Assembly (NCBI GenBank): GCA_029856155.1
Contig: JAHQWL010000070.1
Span: 32,001-96,000 of the forward strand
DNA from: Promethearchaeia archaeon
Lineage (GTDB): Archaea; Asgardarchaeota; Lokiarchaeia; Sigyniarchaeales; SOKP01
Length of the DNA stretch: 64,000 nt
Direction: 5' to 3'
The notes beneath the pieces were generated by a model. The model saw nothing but the letters and a program-made list of their open reading frames with translations, ran no database searches and was not told the DNA's origin. A program made the position numbers and the translations under genes. Each line of letters opens with the position of its first letter. The stretch's first letter is position 1. Shown here in pieces: positions 30,214-39,656 of the stretch.

Positions 30214-30320
30214 TCCAATAACTCTAAATTTAAAAATTTTTATGGACTTATTTTGTTAAAAATGAGATAACCGCTTAATTTTTTAAAAATTAAAATATAA
30301 TAATGAAATCGGTTAAATAG

Positions 30321-30907
30321 ATGACTCTTTTTATTGCCTTAATGGAAAATCCATTTTTTTCTCTTATTATTTTACCTCTATTGATTCTTATAGCTCGGGT
30401 TTTTGATGTAACACTTGGAACTTTAAGAATCGTGTTTATATCTCAAGGTAGACGCAAATTAGCTCCAATTGTTGGTTTTTTTGAAATATTCATTTGGCTA
30501 TTAGCAATGGGACAAATTTTCAGTAATTTAACGAATTTTATATATTACTTTGCATACGCTGGAGGATTTGCAATAGGCAACTATGTTGGATTAATAGTTG
30601 AAGATAAAATATCTTTAGGTTTATTAAGTTTACAATTAATCATTAGAGATAATCCCGATAATTTAATTGGACTATTAAAAGAAAATGGTTATAGTTTAAC
30701 TACAATGTCTGCTGAGGGCCAAGAGGTATAGTTAAATTAGTATTATTAATTATTAAACGCAAAAATCTACCAAAAATCCTAGAATTTATACGACAGAATA
30801 ATCCAAAAGCATTTATATCAATTGAACAAGTAAAATCTGTGAGAGGGGGTAATTTTCCTTCACATTCAAAAACTAGATGGGAACTTTTTAGTAGAAGAAA
30901 GAAATAA
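30321..30907 (+). pseudogene. DUF2179/UPF0316 membrane protein, frameshifted near 30720
   Basis: ARVFDVTLGTLR, GFFE, YAGGFAIGNYVG; the conserved C-terminus (RGIVKLV...IKRK...NPKAFI.IE.VK.VRGG.F) continues in another frame to TAA 30905-30907. Confidence 0.8.
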
Positions 30908-31163
30908 TAATTCTAATTTAAAAGAGGGAGCAACTTTTTCTTTTTAAATTAAAATTATATTAGGATTTGCTATTAAAAATTATTTAATATCTAAAAATGA
31001 AAAGATATAGAAATTGATATTAATAAATTTAATTTATTATCATCTTTAACTTATAAATAAGAAGAATTTGATAATTTTAATGCTTATAGTGTTAATAAAT
31101 TAATTCCAGAATCAATAAAAAAAATAGTAATTGTTAATTTACTTGACAAATATCATTAAATAA

Positions 31164-33461
31164 ATGATTGTTGAGGAATTTAAATTTTCAGAAAAAAAAA
31201 TTCCAATTGAACGAAGAGAAGAAATTAGCTCTTCTTATAAAATCAAATCTTATGAAAGAAAAATAAGATACATGGAAGAGAGAAAAATTCCTCAGAAAGA
31301 TATTAAAGATGTTCTTGCTCATTTTTTCAATATTAATAAAAACATCTCGAGAAAAACGAAAGACTCAATATCTAAAATAATATTTTCCCAAAAAGATAGA
31401 ATTTTAATAATAATTACCCCTTCTGGGAAAGATATTATTCTAAATAGAGAAAGATTAATTAAAGATTATGGATGGTTCTTTTTCATAGAAATGCCAGAAA
31501 AAGAAGAAAAAGTATTAAAAAAGAAGAAGCCTAAAAAAGAAAAGGAAAGAATGGAAGAAAAAACCATAAGTACAGAAGAATTTCGCTTTGAAGAAGTAAT
31601 ACTTCCTCTAAAACAAAAGGAAAATATGAGAGCATTATATAGAACAAAAGAATATAATCATTACCTAAAAATAATTAAATCCAAAGAATTACCTCAAATT
31701 CCTATAAAAGACGTACTTCATGATTTTTTTTTTAAAGATGCGCTCGTTCCAGTTGAAGAAAAAAAAGGAATTCGAAAGATCATCTATTACCAAAAAGAAA
31801 AAGTCATAGTCATTAAATCATTAATAGGTGATGAAATGTATGAAAACTTGGAGAACTTAGTTAAAAAATATGGATGGTATTTTTACATAACTGGAGTCCC
31901 TGTAGGAAAAAGTGAACTTTGCATTGCAATAGATAAAATAGAAAAAAAATTTGATGCCGAATACTTTTCTAATATCTCTCTTAAAAATGATAATGATAAA
32001 GATATTAGAGTAACTATTTACCCTATTGTTCTTAAACCGAATCATAATTGTCACATTTTAGGATTAGGTAATCTCAATATATTATTAGATTGTGGTCTTT
32101 CAGAGAAAGATGAAATAAATGAAATTGAAGGGGATCTACGGCATATAGAAGATTATCTTCAGAATTTACCGCGATATCTTTTAGAAGAAGAAAAATTTAG
32201 AAAAAATATTACAACAGATGATCAAGATGATTTAATTTTAGAAAAAATCTCAAAAAATCCTAAAATAGATGCTATATTTATATCACATAGTCATTATGAT
32301 CATGTTTCTGGGCTGAAAGAATTAAACAAATTATATCCGGAAGTACCTATTTTCTGCTCTAGAATTACTCTTGATTTATATCTCCTTAGGGATTCAAACT
32401 TCTTAAAACAAGAGAATCACGATGAAATTGAACAAGATGAATACCGAAATATAGTCAGAAATGTAATTTATGTTGAAAATGGTACTAAAATCAACTTTAA
32501 AGAAAAAAACTCTTTTCTTTCATTTTTCCATGCGGGTCATATGCCCGGTGCTTTGATGATGTTAGCAAAAACAGACGATTTTAAATTTCTATATACTGGG
32601 GATTATACTTACATTGATATCACTCCATTTGCAGGCACAAGACGGTTCTTAGAACAGATATCTCACCCTATAGACTATTTACTTATCGATGGTACCGCTG
32701 CTCAAGAAGATTTTGGAAATATATCTGATCAATTTCATAGTTTAATCTTATTTTTAGAGCAAAAGGCAGAATATGGAGATAACTCTCTAATTGGGGCCGA
32801 TCCATCAAGTTTAGCTATAAGCTTTATGTTAATCTTTTGGAGATATTTTAGAAAACTTCAATTAAGGCGTGGTTTCGAGAAACGACCTAATATTTACGTA
32901 GATATGATGGTGAGGAAAAATATACAAGTTATAAACCATCGCTATGAATATATCTATGGTCCGATTTCAAGATTAATTAGAGACAAGGCAAATCCCTTCA
33001 ACAGTATAAAATTTAGATGGTTTGATCACCCTAATTTAGACTTTTTACGTAAAAAAAACAACATTATTATTTCTCATCCACCAGACCTTTCTTACGGATT
33101 AATAAGAAATATTATTAATATAATAGGCCGTAGTCCTCACAATTTTGTTTTTCTCGCAGGTTCTATTCATGAATCTCCTGGTGCAGAATTGATCGGAGGT
33201 GCTAATGAAATTCAGTTCTCCGAGACATGGAAAATGCCATTTCGAGCATTTTTACTTAATACTTTTGCTCCTCACATTAAAATAAAACTGCATGCCGATA
33301 AAAATCAATTGAGAGAAATGATAAAAAATTTAGAACCAAAAGAGGTATGTTTTTTCCACCAATCTGCTAAAAATTTAACAGATGTAGTGGAATATGTAAA
33401 AGAATTAGGAGTTGAAAAAGTTTCATTGCCCATAAAAAGAAAACTCTTAGTATTGAATTAA
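31164..33461 (+). CDS. Beta-CASP metallo-beta-lactamase ribonuclease (CPSF-like) with duplicated N-terminal domain
   Basis: LLDCG, SHSHYDHVSG, AGHMPGA, YTGD, LHAD, FFH. Confidence 0.85.
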   Translation: MIVEEFKFSEKKIPIERREEISSSYKIKSYERKIRYMEERKIPQKDIKDVLAHFFNINKNISRKTKDSISKIIFSQKDRILIIITPSGKDIILNRERLIKDYGWFFFIEMPEKEEKVLKKKKPKKEKERMEEKTISTEEFRFEEVILPLKQKENMRALYRTKEYNHYLKIIKSKELPQIPIKDVLHDFFFKDALVPVEEKKGIRKIIYYQKEKVIVIKSLIGDEMYENLENLVKKYGWYFYITGVPVGKSELCIAIDKIEKKFDAEYFSNISLKNDNDKDIRVTIYPIVLKPNHNCHILGLGNLNILLDCGLSEKDEINEIEGDLRHIEDYLQNLPRYLLEEEKFRKNITTDDQDDLILEKISKNPKIDAIFISHSHYDHVSGLKELNKLYPEVPIFCSRITLDLYLLRDSNFLKQENHDEIEQDEYRNIVRNVIYVENGTKINFKEKNSFLSFFHAGHMPGALMMLAKTDDFKFLYTGDYTYIDITPFAGTRRFLEQISHPIDYLLIDGTAAQEDFGNISDQFHSLILFLEQKAEYGDNSLIGADPSSLAISFMLIFWRYFRKLQLRRGFEKRPNIYVDMMVRKNIQVINHRYEYIYGPISRLIRDKANPFNSIKFRWFDHPNLDFLRKKNNIIISHPPDLSYGLIRNIINIIGRSPHNFVFLAGSIHESPGAELIGGANEIQFSETWKMPFRAFLLNTFAPHIKIKLHADKNQLREMIKNLEPKEVCFFHQSAKNLTDVVEYVKELGVEKVSLPIKRKLLVLN

Positions 33462-33552
33462 TGAGTATAATTTATGAGAAATAAACCATAAATCTTTAAG
33501 ATAATAAATTCTTATTTTTCATAGAATTACATATATACTAAGGTGAATATAC

Positions 33553-33933
33553 ATATACTCTGAAAAAGTAATGGAGCACTTTAGAAATCCTCGAAATATG
33601 GGAGAAATGAAAGATGCTGATGCAATTGGGGAGATAGGTAACCCAGTTTGCGGTGATATTAGTTTAATCTATATTAAAGTTAAAGAAGAGAATGGAGAAG
33701 AAATTATTAATGATATATCTTTTCAAACATTTGGGTGTGCTGCGGCAATTGCAACATCATCGATGTTAACAGAACTAGCTAAGGGGAAGGGCTTAGATGA
33801 GGCAATGAATATTTCTAGAGACGATGTTGCTAATTCTTTAGATGGATTACCTCCCATTAAATTGCACTGCTCTAATTTAGCAGCAGACGCATTACAAGAT
33901 GCTATTAAAAAATATCGAGAAAAGAAAAAATAG
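33553..33933 (+). CDS. iscU: Fe-S cluster scaffold IscU/NifU-like, probable ATA start
   Basis: YSEKVMEHFRNPRNMG, GNPVCGD, FQTFGCAAAIA, LPPIKLHCSNL. Confidence 0.93.
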   Translation: MYSEKVMEHFRNPRNMGEMKDADAIGEIGNPVCGDISLIYIKVKEENGEEIINDISFQTFGCAAAIATSSMLTELAKGKGLDEAMNISRDDVANSLDGLPPIKLHCSNLAADALQDAIKKYREKKK

Positions 33934-34008
33934 AATTTATGTATTTTAACTCTGTTAAAATTTCTTTTATAATAAAAAAGTAAGAGATTTTTTGTCGTTG
34001 AGATTATT

Positions 34009-34863
34009 ATGAACTTTTCTAAACCAGTAACTGATATAATTCGAGAGCGAACATCTCGTCGGACTTATTCAGGTCAACCTCTTGAGGACACTATGAGAGA
34101 AAAGATAATTAAATTATTGAAGAATCATAATTTAAAAAGTCCATTCAGTGAATATGCGGGAAAAGCGAGATTCGAACTAATTAGTGTACCTGAATTTGAT
34201 CCTAATGAAAGAAAAAAAATAGGGACTTATGGTTTAATTAAAGGAGCTCAAGATTTTATGGTGGGAGCTGTTGAAAATTCTAAGTGTGATCGTGAACATT
34301 TTGGATATCTTATGGAAACTATTATATTAGCAGCCACAGATATGGGTTTAGGAACTTGTTGGTTAGGAGGTTTCTTTAATAAGAGTCTTTTTTCAGCAAA
34401 AATTAATAGCAGTTCAAATGAAATTGTCCCTGCTATTACTCCTATTGGCAATTATATTAAAAGAACAATAAAGGAAAAAGCAATTCGTAAATTTGTGAAA
34501 GCAAATAAACGATTCTCATGGGATCACCTTTTTTTTAATGGCATAATGAATATTCCACTTACTCCTGAGGATTGTGGAAAGTATTCTGAATTACTCGAAA
34601 TGGTTAGATTGGGTCCTTCGGCTAGTAATAAACAACCTTGGAGGATTATTAAAGATTCAAAGAAGAATATGTTTCACTTTTATACTGTGAAAACTAATTC
34701 AGTTTATAGCAAATTTCCACCTCTAGATATCGGAATAGCAGTATGCCACTTTAATCTTACAGCACAAGAATTAGGGTTCAATGGAATCTGGATATTTGAT
34801 AACCCTCAAATTTTAGGAACAGAGGACCTAATATATAAGATTACTTGGAATACCGTACTCTAG
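34009..34863 (+). CDS. Nitroreductase-family protein (double domain)
   Basis: RTSRRTY, GTYGLIKGA, GLGTCWLGG, PSASNKQPW, DIGIAVCHF. Confidence 0.88.
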   Translation: MNFSKPVTDIIRERTSRRTYSGQPLEDTMREKIIKLLKNHNLKSPFSEYAGKARFELISVPEFDPNERKKIGTYGLIKGAQDFMVGAVENSKCDREHFGYLMETIILAATDMGLGTCWLGGFFNKSLFSAKINSSSNEIVPAITPIGNYIKRTIKEKAIRKFVKANKRFSWDHLFFNGIMNIPLTPEDCGKYSELLEMVRLGPSASNKQPWRIIKDSKKNMFHFYTVKTNSVYSKFPPLDIGIAVCHFNLTAQELGFNGIWIFDNPQILGTEDLIYKITWNTVL

Positions 34864-35044
34864 ATAAAATTAAAATGATATTGATCTATATTTACTAATT
34901 CTGTTAAATTAATTATAAATCTATGGGTAAGTCTAAATTAGTTCGAGAACCAAAATCGGGAAAAACTTTTCAAATTATAACCACAACTTATAATAACTGA
35001 GCTTAGTAATTAATCAATAGATATTGAGGTGAATTTTACTTAAA

Positions 35045-37918
35045 ATGGAATCTACTGAAAAAGTAAAAATCAAGCTTAGTGGAATGACATGCGCAAATTG
35101 TGCTTATAAAATTGAGACAAAATTAAAAAGCTTGGAAGGTGTAAATAGTTCGGTTGTCAATTTTGCAAATGAAGAGGCAACTGTTGAATATAATCCTAAA
35201 ATGACTAATTATGATGATTTTAATAAAGCTATTTACGATTTAGGTTATAAAGGTTCATTAGCTAAAATTGATGTTAAAGTTATGGACTCCTTAACTGAAT
35301 CAGAATTTAATGAACTGTTAAATAGAGTAAAAAATATCGATGGAATCTATGACGTTAGGGGGAATATCAAGGCAAATAAATTATTTATAGAATTTAACGA
35401 ATTGCTATTAGATGAAAATAAAATCTTTACAAGTATTAAAAAACTAGGTTATATAATTGAGAAAACAGCAGGGGTATTGGATAAAGAGATTGAAAAACAT
35501 AAAAAAGAAATGAGATATAGACTTCGAATTTTAACAATATCATTAATCTTCACTCTGATCATTACACCAATAAGTTGGTTTGTGGAAGAATCCCTTACAA
35601 GAAATATTATATTGTTTTTTTTCGCAATTGGCAATTATATGATTGCGGGTTCTTTCTTTTTAATCGGGGCATACAAATCATTAAGAAATAAATCCACTAA
35701 CATGGATGTGTTAGTTGCATTAGGTACAACAACAGCTTTGGTTTATTCAATATTAACAACGTTTCTAATTGAGGGTAAGACATTCTATGAAGCGATGAGT
35801 ATGATATTATCCTTTTTACTAATTGGAAAATATTTTGAACATAAAACGAAAGGGCAAACGTCTGAAGCAATTAAAAAATTAATTGGTTTACAGCCAAAAA
35901 CCGCAACTTTAATAAAAGATAATGTAGAACTCGAAATCCCGATTGAAGAAATTGAACTTGGGGATATTTTAATAGTAAGACCTGGTGAGAAAATACCGGT
36001 AGATGGGATTGTAATTAAAGGAAAAACGAAAGTTGATGAATCAATGATTACTGGTGAAAGTAAATATGTGAAAAAGGAAATTGATAGTGAAGTGATCGGG
36101 GCGACAGTCAATCAGACCGGACTGATACACATAATTACTGAAAAAGTAGGTAAAGAAACTTTTTTATATCAAATAATTGACTTTGTAAAAGAAGCTCAAA
36201 GTAAAAAAGCTGCAAAACAAAAATTAGCAGATAAAGTAAGCAATTACTTTGTACCCGTCGTTGTCGTCATAGCATTAGGTGCATTTCTGTATTGGTATCT
36301 AATTGCTCAAATTGGATTAGAATTTTCTTTATTAATATTTACTTCCGTTGTTGTAATATCATGTCCTTGTGCTTTAGGTTTGGCAATTCCAACAGCGATG
36401 ATGGTTGGAACGGGTAAAGGAGCAGAAAATGGAATTCTATTAAAGGGTGGAGATTCATTAGAAGCAATAAATACAATAAATACTATTGTTTTTGATAAAA
36501 CGGGAACACTAACTGTTGGGAAACCAAAAGTGTCTGTAATGTTTGCTGAAAAAGATTTAGAAGGTCAAGGGTATGATAATAATGAATTATTATTTTTCGC
36601 AGGGAGCGCTGAAATGGGTTCTGAACATACTCTCGGACAGGCTATTATAGAAGAAGCAAATCAAAGAGGATTGAAACTTGAAACTCCAACAGAATTTGAT
36701 GCAGTTCCAGGAAAAGGGATTATTACTACCATTAAAGAGAAGAATATATTGATTGGTAATGAAAAATTAATTTTAGAAAATAAAATCTCTTTTGAAGCTT
36801 ATAGAAACAAATATAATGAATTTCAACAACAGGGGATAACAACTATCTTAGTTAGTATTGATAATAAAGTAAGAGGGATTATTGGAATTTCTGATAAAAT
36901 TAAAGATCAAGCACCATACGCTTTAGATAAATTGAGAGAAAAGGGTTTAGATATATATATAATTACAGGAGATAATAAACAAACCGCTTTAAGTATTGGA
37001 AACCAGCTAAAAATTGATGAAGACCATATCTTAGCAGAAGTCCTACCTAATGAAAAGGCTCTTACAATAAAAAAATTACAAGAATCAAGTGATCATAAAG
37101 TTGTAGGGATGGTAGGGGATGGTATTAACGACGCTCCTGCATTAGCACAAGCAGATGTAGGAATTGCAATAGGATCTGGTACTGATATTGCTATAGAAAC
37201 AGCAGATATTGTATTAATGAGAGGAGACTTAAGAAACGTAGTATCAGCTATAAATTTGTCAAAAAAAACTTACAAAAAAATGATTACAAATCTATTTTGG
37301 GCTTTCATTTATAATTTAATTGGAATTCCTATTGCTGCTGGTGTCTTATATTATGCTACAGGTTTCTTTTTACCTCCCTACCTAGCTGCTGTTTTCATGG
37401 CATCAAGCTCAGTTTCAGTAGTAACTAATGCGTTGTTTTTGAAGCGATATGAACCTAAAACACCTCAACAAGTTGAAGAAGAAATGTTATTACTCTCTCA
37501 AGAAAAAGTTGTTGATCCAGTCTGTGGAATGGAAATTGATCCAAGACGAGCTATTGAATATGAGTATAAAGATAAAATTTATCACTTTTGTAATCCAAAT
37601 TGTGAGGTTCATTTCAAAAGGGATCCTGAGAGATTTAAAAATTATGATGCGATGGATCCAAAATTAATGCAAATGAAAAATACTAATAGAAATGAGAAAA
37701 TAGAAATAAAAAATGAAAATATACAAAAAAAAGAGGATGATAAAAAAATGGGTAAATTAAAATGTTTAGAATGTGGAATTGAACAAGATATTCCAATGCA
37801 TTGTGGACAATCAATGCATAAAGAAGGTAATCAATTGGTCTGCTGGATGGGGGCATCTTGTGGAGCTCAACCAATCCCAGAACATCATGGTACACCAATG
37901 AAAATAATAGAAAAGTAA
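35045..37918 (+). CDS. copA: Cu(I)-translocating P1B-ATPase with C-terminal YHS/TRASH and an extra Cys/His domain
   Basis: [34 protein letters not shown]; DPVCGM...FC..C. Confidence 0.95.
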   Translation: MESTEKVKIKLSGMTCANCAYKIETKLKSLEGVNSSVVNFANEEATVEYNPKMTNYDDFNKAIYDLGYKGSLAKIDVKVMDSLTESEFNELLNRVKNIDGIYDVRGNIKANKLFIEFNELLLDENKIFTSIKKLGYIIEKTAGVLDKEIEKHKKEMRYRLRILTISLIFTLIITPISWFVEESLTRNIILFFFAIGNYMIAGSFFLIGAYKSLRNKSTNMDVLVALGTTTALVYSILTTFLIEGKTFYEAMSMILSFLLIGKYFEHKTKGQTSEAIKKLIGLQPKTATLIKDNVELEIPIEEIELGDILIVRPGEKIPVDGIVIKGKTKVDESMITGESKYVKKEIDSEVIGATVNQTGLIHIITEKVGKETFLYQIIDFVKEAQSKKAAKQKLADKVSNYFVPVVVVIALGAFLYWYLIAQIGLEFSLLIFTSVVVISCPCALGLAIPTAMMVGTGKGAENGILLKGGDSLEAINTINTIVFDKTGTLTVGKPKVSVMFAEKDLEGQGYDNNELLFFAGSAEMGSEHTLGQAIIEEANQRGLKLETPTEFDAVPGKGIITTIKEKNILIGNEKLILENKISFEAYRNKYNEFQQQGITTILVSIDNKVRGIIGISDKIKDQAPYALDKLREKGLDIYIITGDNKQTALSIGNQLKIDEDHILAEVLPNEKALTIKKLQESSDHKVVGMVGDGINDAPALAQADVGIAIGSGTDIAIETADIVLMRGDLRNVVSAINLSKKTYKKMITNLFWAFIYNLIGIPIAAGVLYYATGFFLPPYLAAVFMASSSVSVVTNALFLKRYEPKTPQQVEEEMLLLSQEKVVDPVCGMEIDPRRAIEYEYKDKIYHFCNPNCEVHFKRDPERFKNYDAMDPKLMQMKNTNRNEKIEIKNENIQKKEDDKKMGKLKCLECGIEQDIPMHCGQSMHKEGNQLVCWMGASCGAQPIPEHHGTPMKIIEK

Positions 37919-37942
37919 TTAATAAAAGAGGTGAATTATGAT

Positions 37943-38125
37943 ATGGGAGTGTACAAATGTAGTGGATGTGGCAAAGTTATAGATACAATTCCAAAATGTT
38001 GTTCTGAAGATATGATTTATAATCAAGAAAAAAACCGATTTGAATGTAATATGGGACCAAATTGTGGATATCTTCCTTTAGATGAGTTGAAATGTGAAGA
38101 ATGTTGTAATTCAAAATCAAATTAA
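37943..38125 (+). CDS. Small Cys-rich metal-binding protein
   Basis: GAGGTGA 8 nt before ATG 37943; YKCSGCG..PKCC..ECNMGPNCG..KCEECC. Confidence 0.75.
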   Translation: MGVYKCSGCGKVIDTIPKCCSEDMIYNQEKNRFECNMGPNCGYLPLDELKCEECCNSKSN

Positions 38126-38235
38126 GTTTTTCTTTTTCTATTTAATTTATAAAAATAATTCAAATCTTCAAAAATCAATTACAACAAAATTTCTTTAAAA
38201 AAATTGAAGATAAATAATATCTAATTTCAATTAGG

Positions 38236-39522
38236 TTAATTTATTATATCCTGAGCTTTTAAACGTATTTCTAAAAAGATGAAAATTATTACCCCAATAA
38301 AGCACATCAATGCACCTACAATAAAGCTCACTTGGTAAGAAAAGGCTTCGCTCTTACCTTGACTTATTAAGAAATCAATCAATGGACCAGATACAAGTGT
38401 TGAGGTTACTCCCCAAGAGAGAAAGAAAGTCGTATTATATATGGCAAATAATTTTGCTCGCATTCTCGCGGGTATAAGTATAGAAGCTATAGCATAAGAT
38501 GCCGCATATATTATCACTTCAGACGCGCCTAATAAAAAACTACCTAAAAACATAAGTCCTAAGAGGGTTGTGGTGGCTGTTACTATTAAGGCAATAATCC
38601 CTATAGAAGCTCCTAATATTAATGCTCGAGCGTGACCTATTTTTTTACTTAAAACCCCCGCTGTAAATCCAATTAACATTGTTGCGACTGAACGTGTATT
38701 AGCTATAAAGCTCAACATAATACTATCTACATTAAACCCCGAATCTAAAGAAAGATATTGAGAATAAGGAACCGCTATGCTATTTCTACCAAAATTAATA
38801 AAAATTAGTGCTATGATAAAAACAACAAAAATTGCTATATTCTTTTGATTATTCCTTTCTAATTCTTGAGAATCTTCTTTAATGCTTATGTCTGAATCAA
38901 TTCCTCCTTCTGGTGCAAAAAGCATTGGTATTGTTGAAATAAACATTACAAATGAAGCAACAAAAAAGAGTGGTCCATTTCTAAATCCAAAACCCGAATC
39001 ATACAAGAATCCACCAATGAAAATTCCAAAAATACGCCCTAAACCACCAAGACTAGTTAATTGCCCCATTATTTTACTCCTTTTTTCAGAAGGATATAAA
39101 TCACTCACCAAAGCACTCCAACCTATATTAGACATTGACCAAAACATCTCTATAAAACTAAGACCTATAATGATTACCCATCCAGCTATTATAAAATTGT
39201 TAAATATAGAATGAATCCCCCAAACGATTATAGTGCCTATTCCCGCTAAAATCTCTCCACAGACTATTAAAGTTCTTCGACGTTGAATTCTATCACTAAT
39301 TGGACCCCAAACAAAATTCTGAAATATGACACTCATAAACATGGGAATACTTGCATAGAGTGTTGTAATTGTTACGGATAAATTTAAAAAATCTCTCATA
39401 TAAATCGATAAATAGGTATAGAAAAGACCTCTTCTAAACATCGCTAGCATTTGAAAAGAGGACAATCCAGAAAATACTCGGATAGAAGATTTAGAATGGT
39501 CCTTCTTCTGTACTTTTCTCAT
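38236..39522 (-). CDS. MFS transporter
   Basis: About 12 TM; motif A WGPISDRIQRRR. Confidence 0.9.
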   Translation of the reverse strand: MRKVQKKDHSKSSIRVFSGLSSFQMLAMFRRGLFYTYLSIYMRDFLNLSVTITTLYASIPMFMSVIFQNFVWGPISDRIQRRRTLIVCGEILAGIGTIIVWGIHSIFNNFIIAGWVIIIGLSFIEMFWSMSNIGWSALVSDLYPSEKRSKIMGQLTSLGGLGRIFGIFIGGFLYDSGFGFRNGPLFFVASFVMFISTIPMLFAPEGGIDSDISIKEDSQELERNNQKNIAIFVVFIIALIFINFGRNSIAVPYSQYLSLDSGFNVDSIMLSFIANTRSVATMLIGFTAGVLSKKIGHARALILGASIGIIALIVTATTTLLGLMFLGSFLLGASEVIIYAASYAIASILIPARMRAKLFAIYNTTFFLSWGVTSTLVSGPLIDFLISQGKSEAFSYQVSFIVGALMCFIGVIIFIFLEIRLKAQDIIN

Positions 39523-39656
39523 AAAAGCAAAAATAGTGAATTTTAGATTATTGAAAGAAACGTATATTGTAAAGTTTTCTAATTATTAAATCTTAAATTA
39601 GATTGTGGTAATAATTTACATGATATACATAAAATTTAAAGCAATAATCCATAGAT

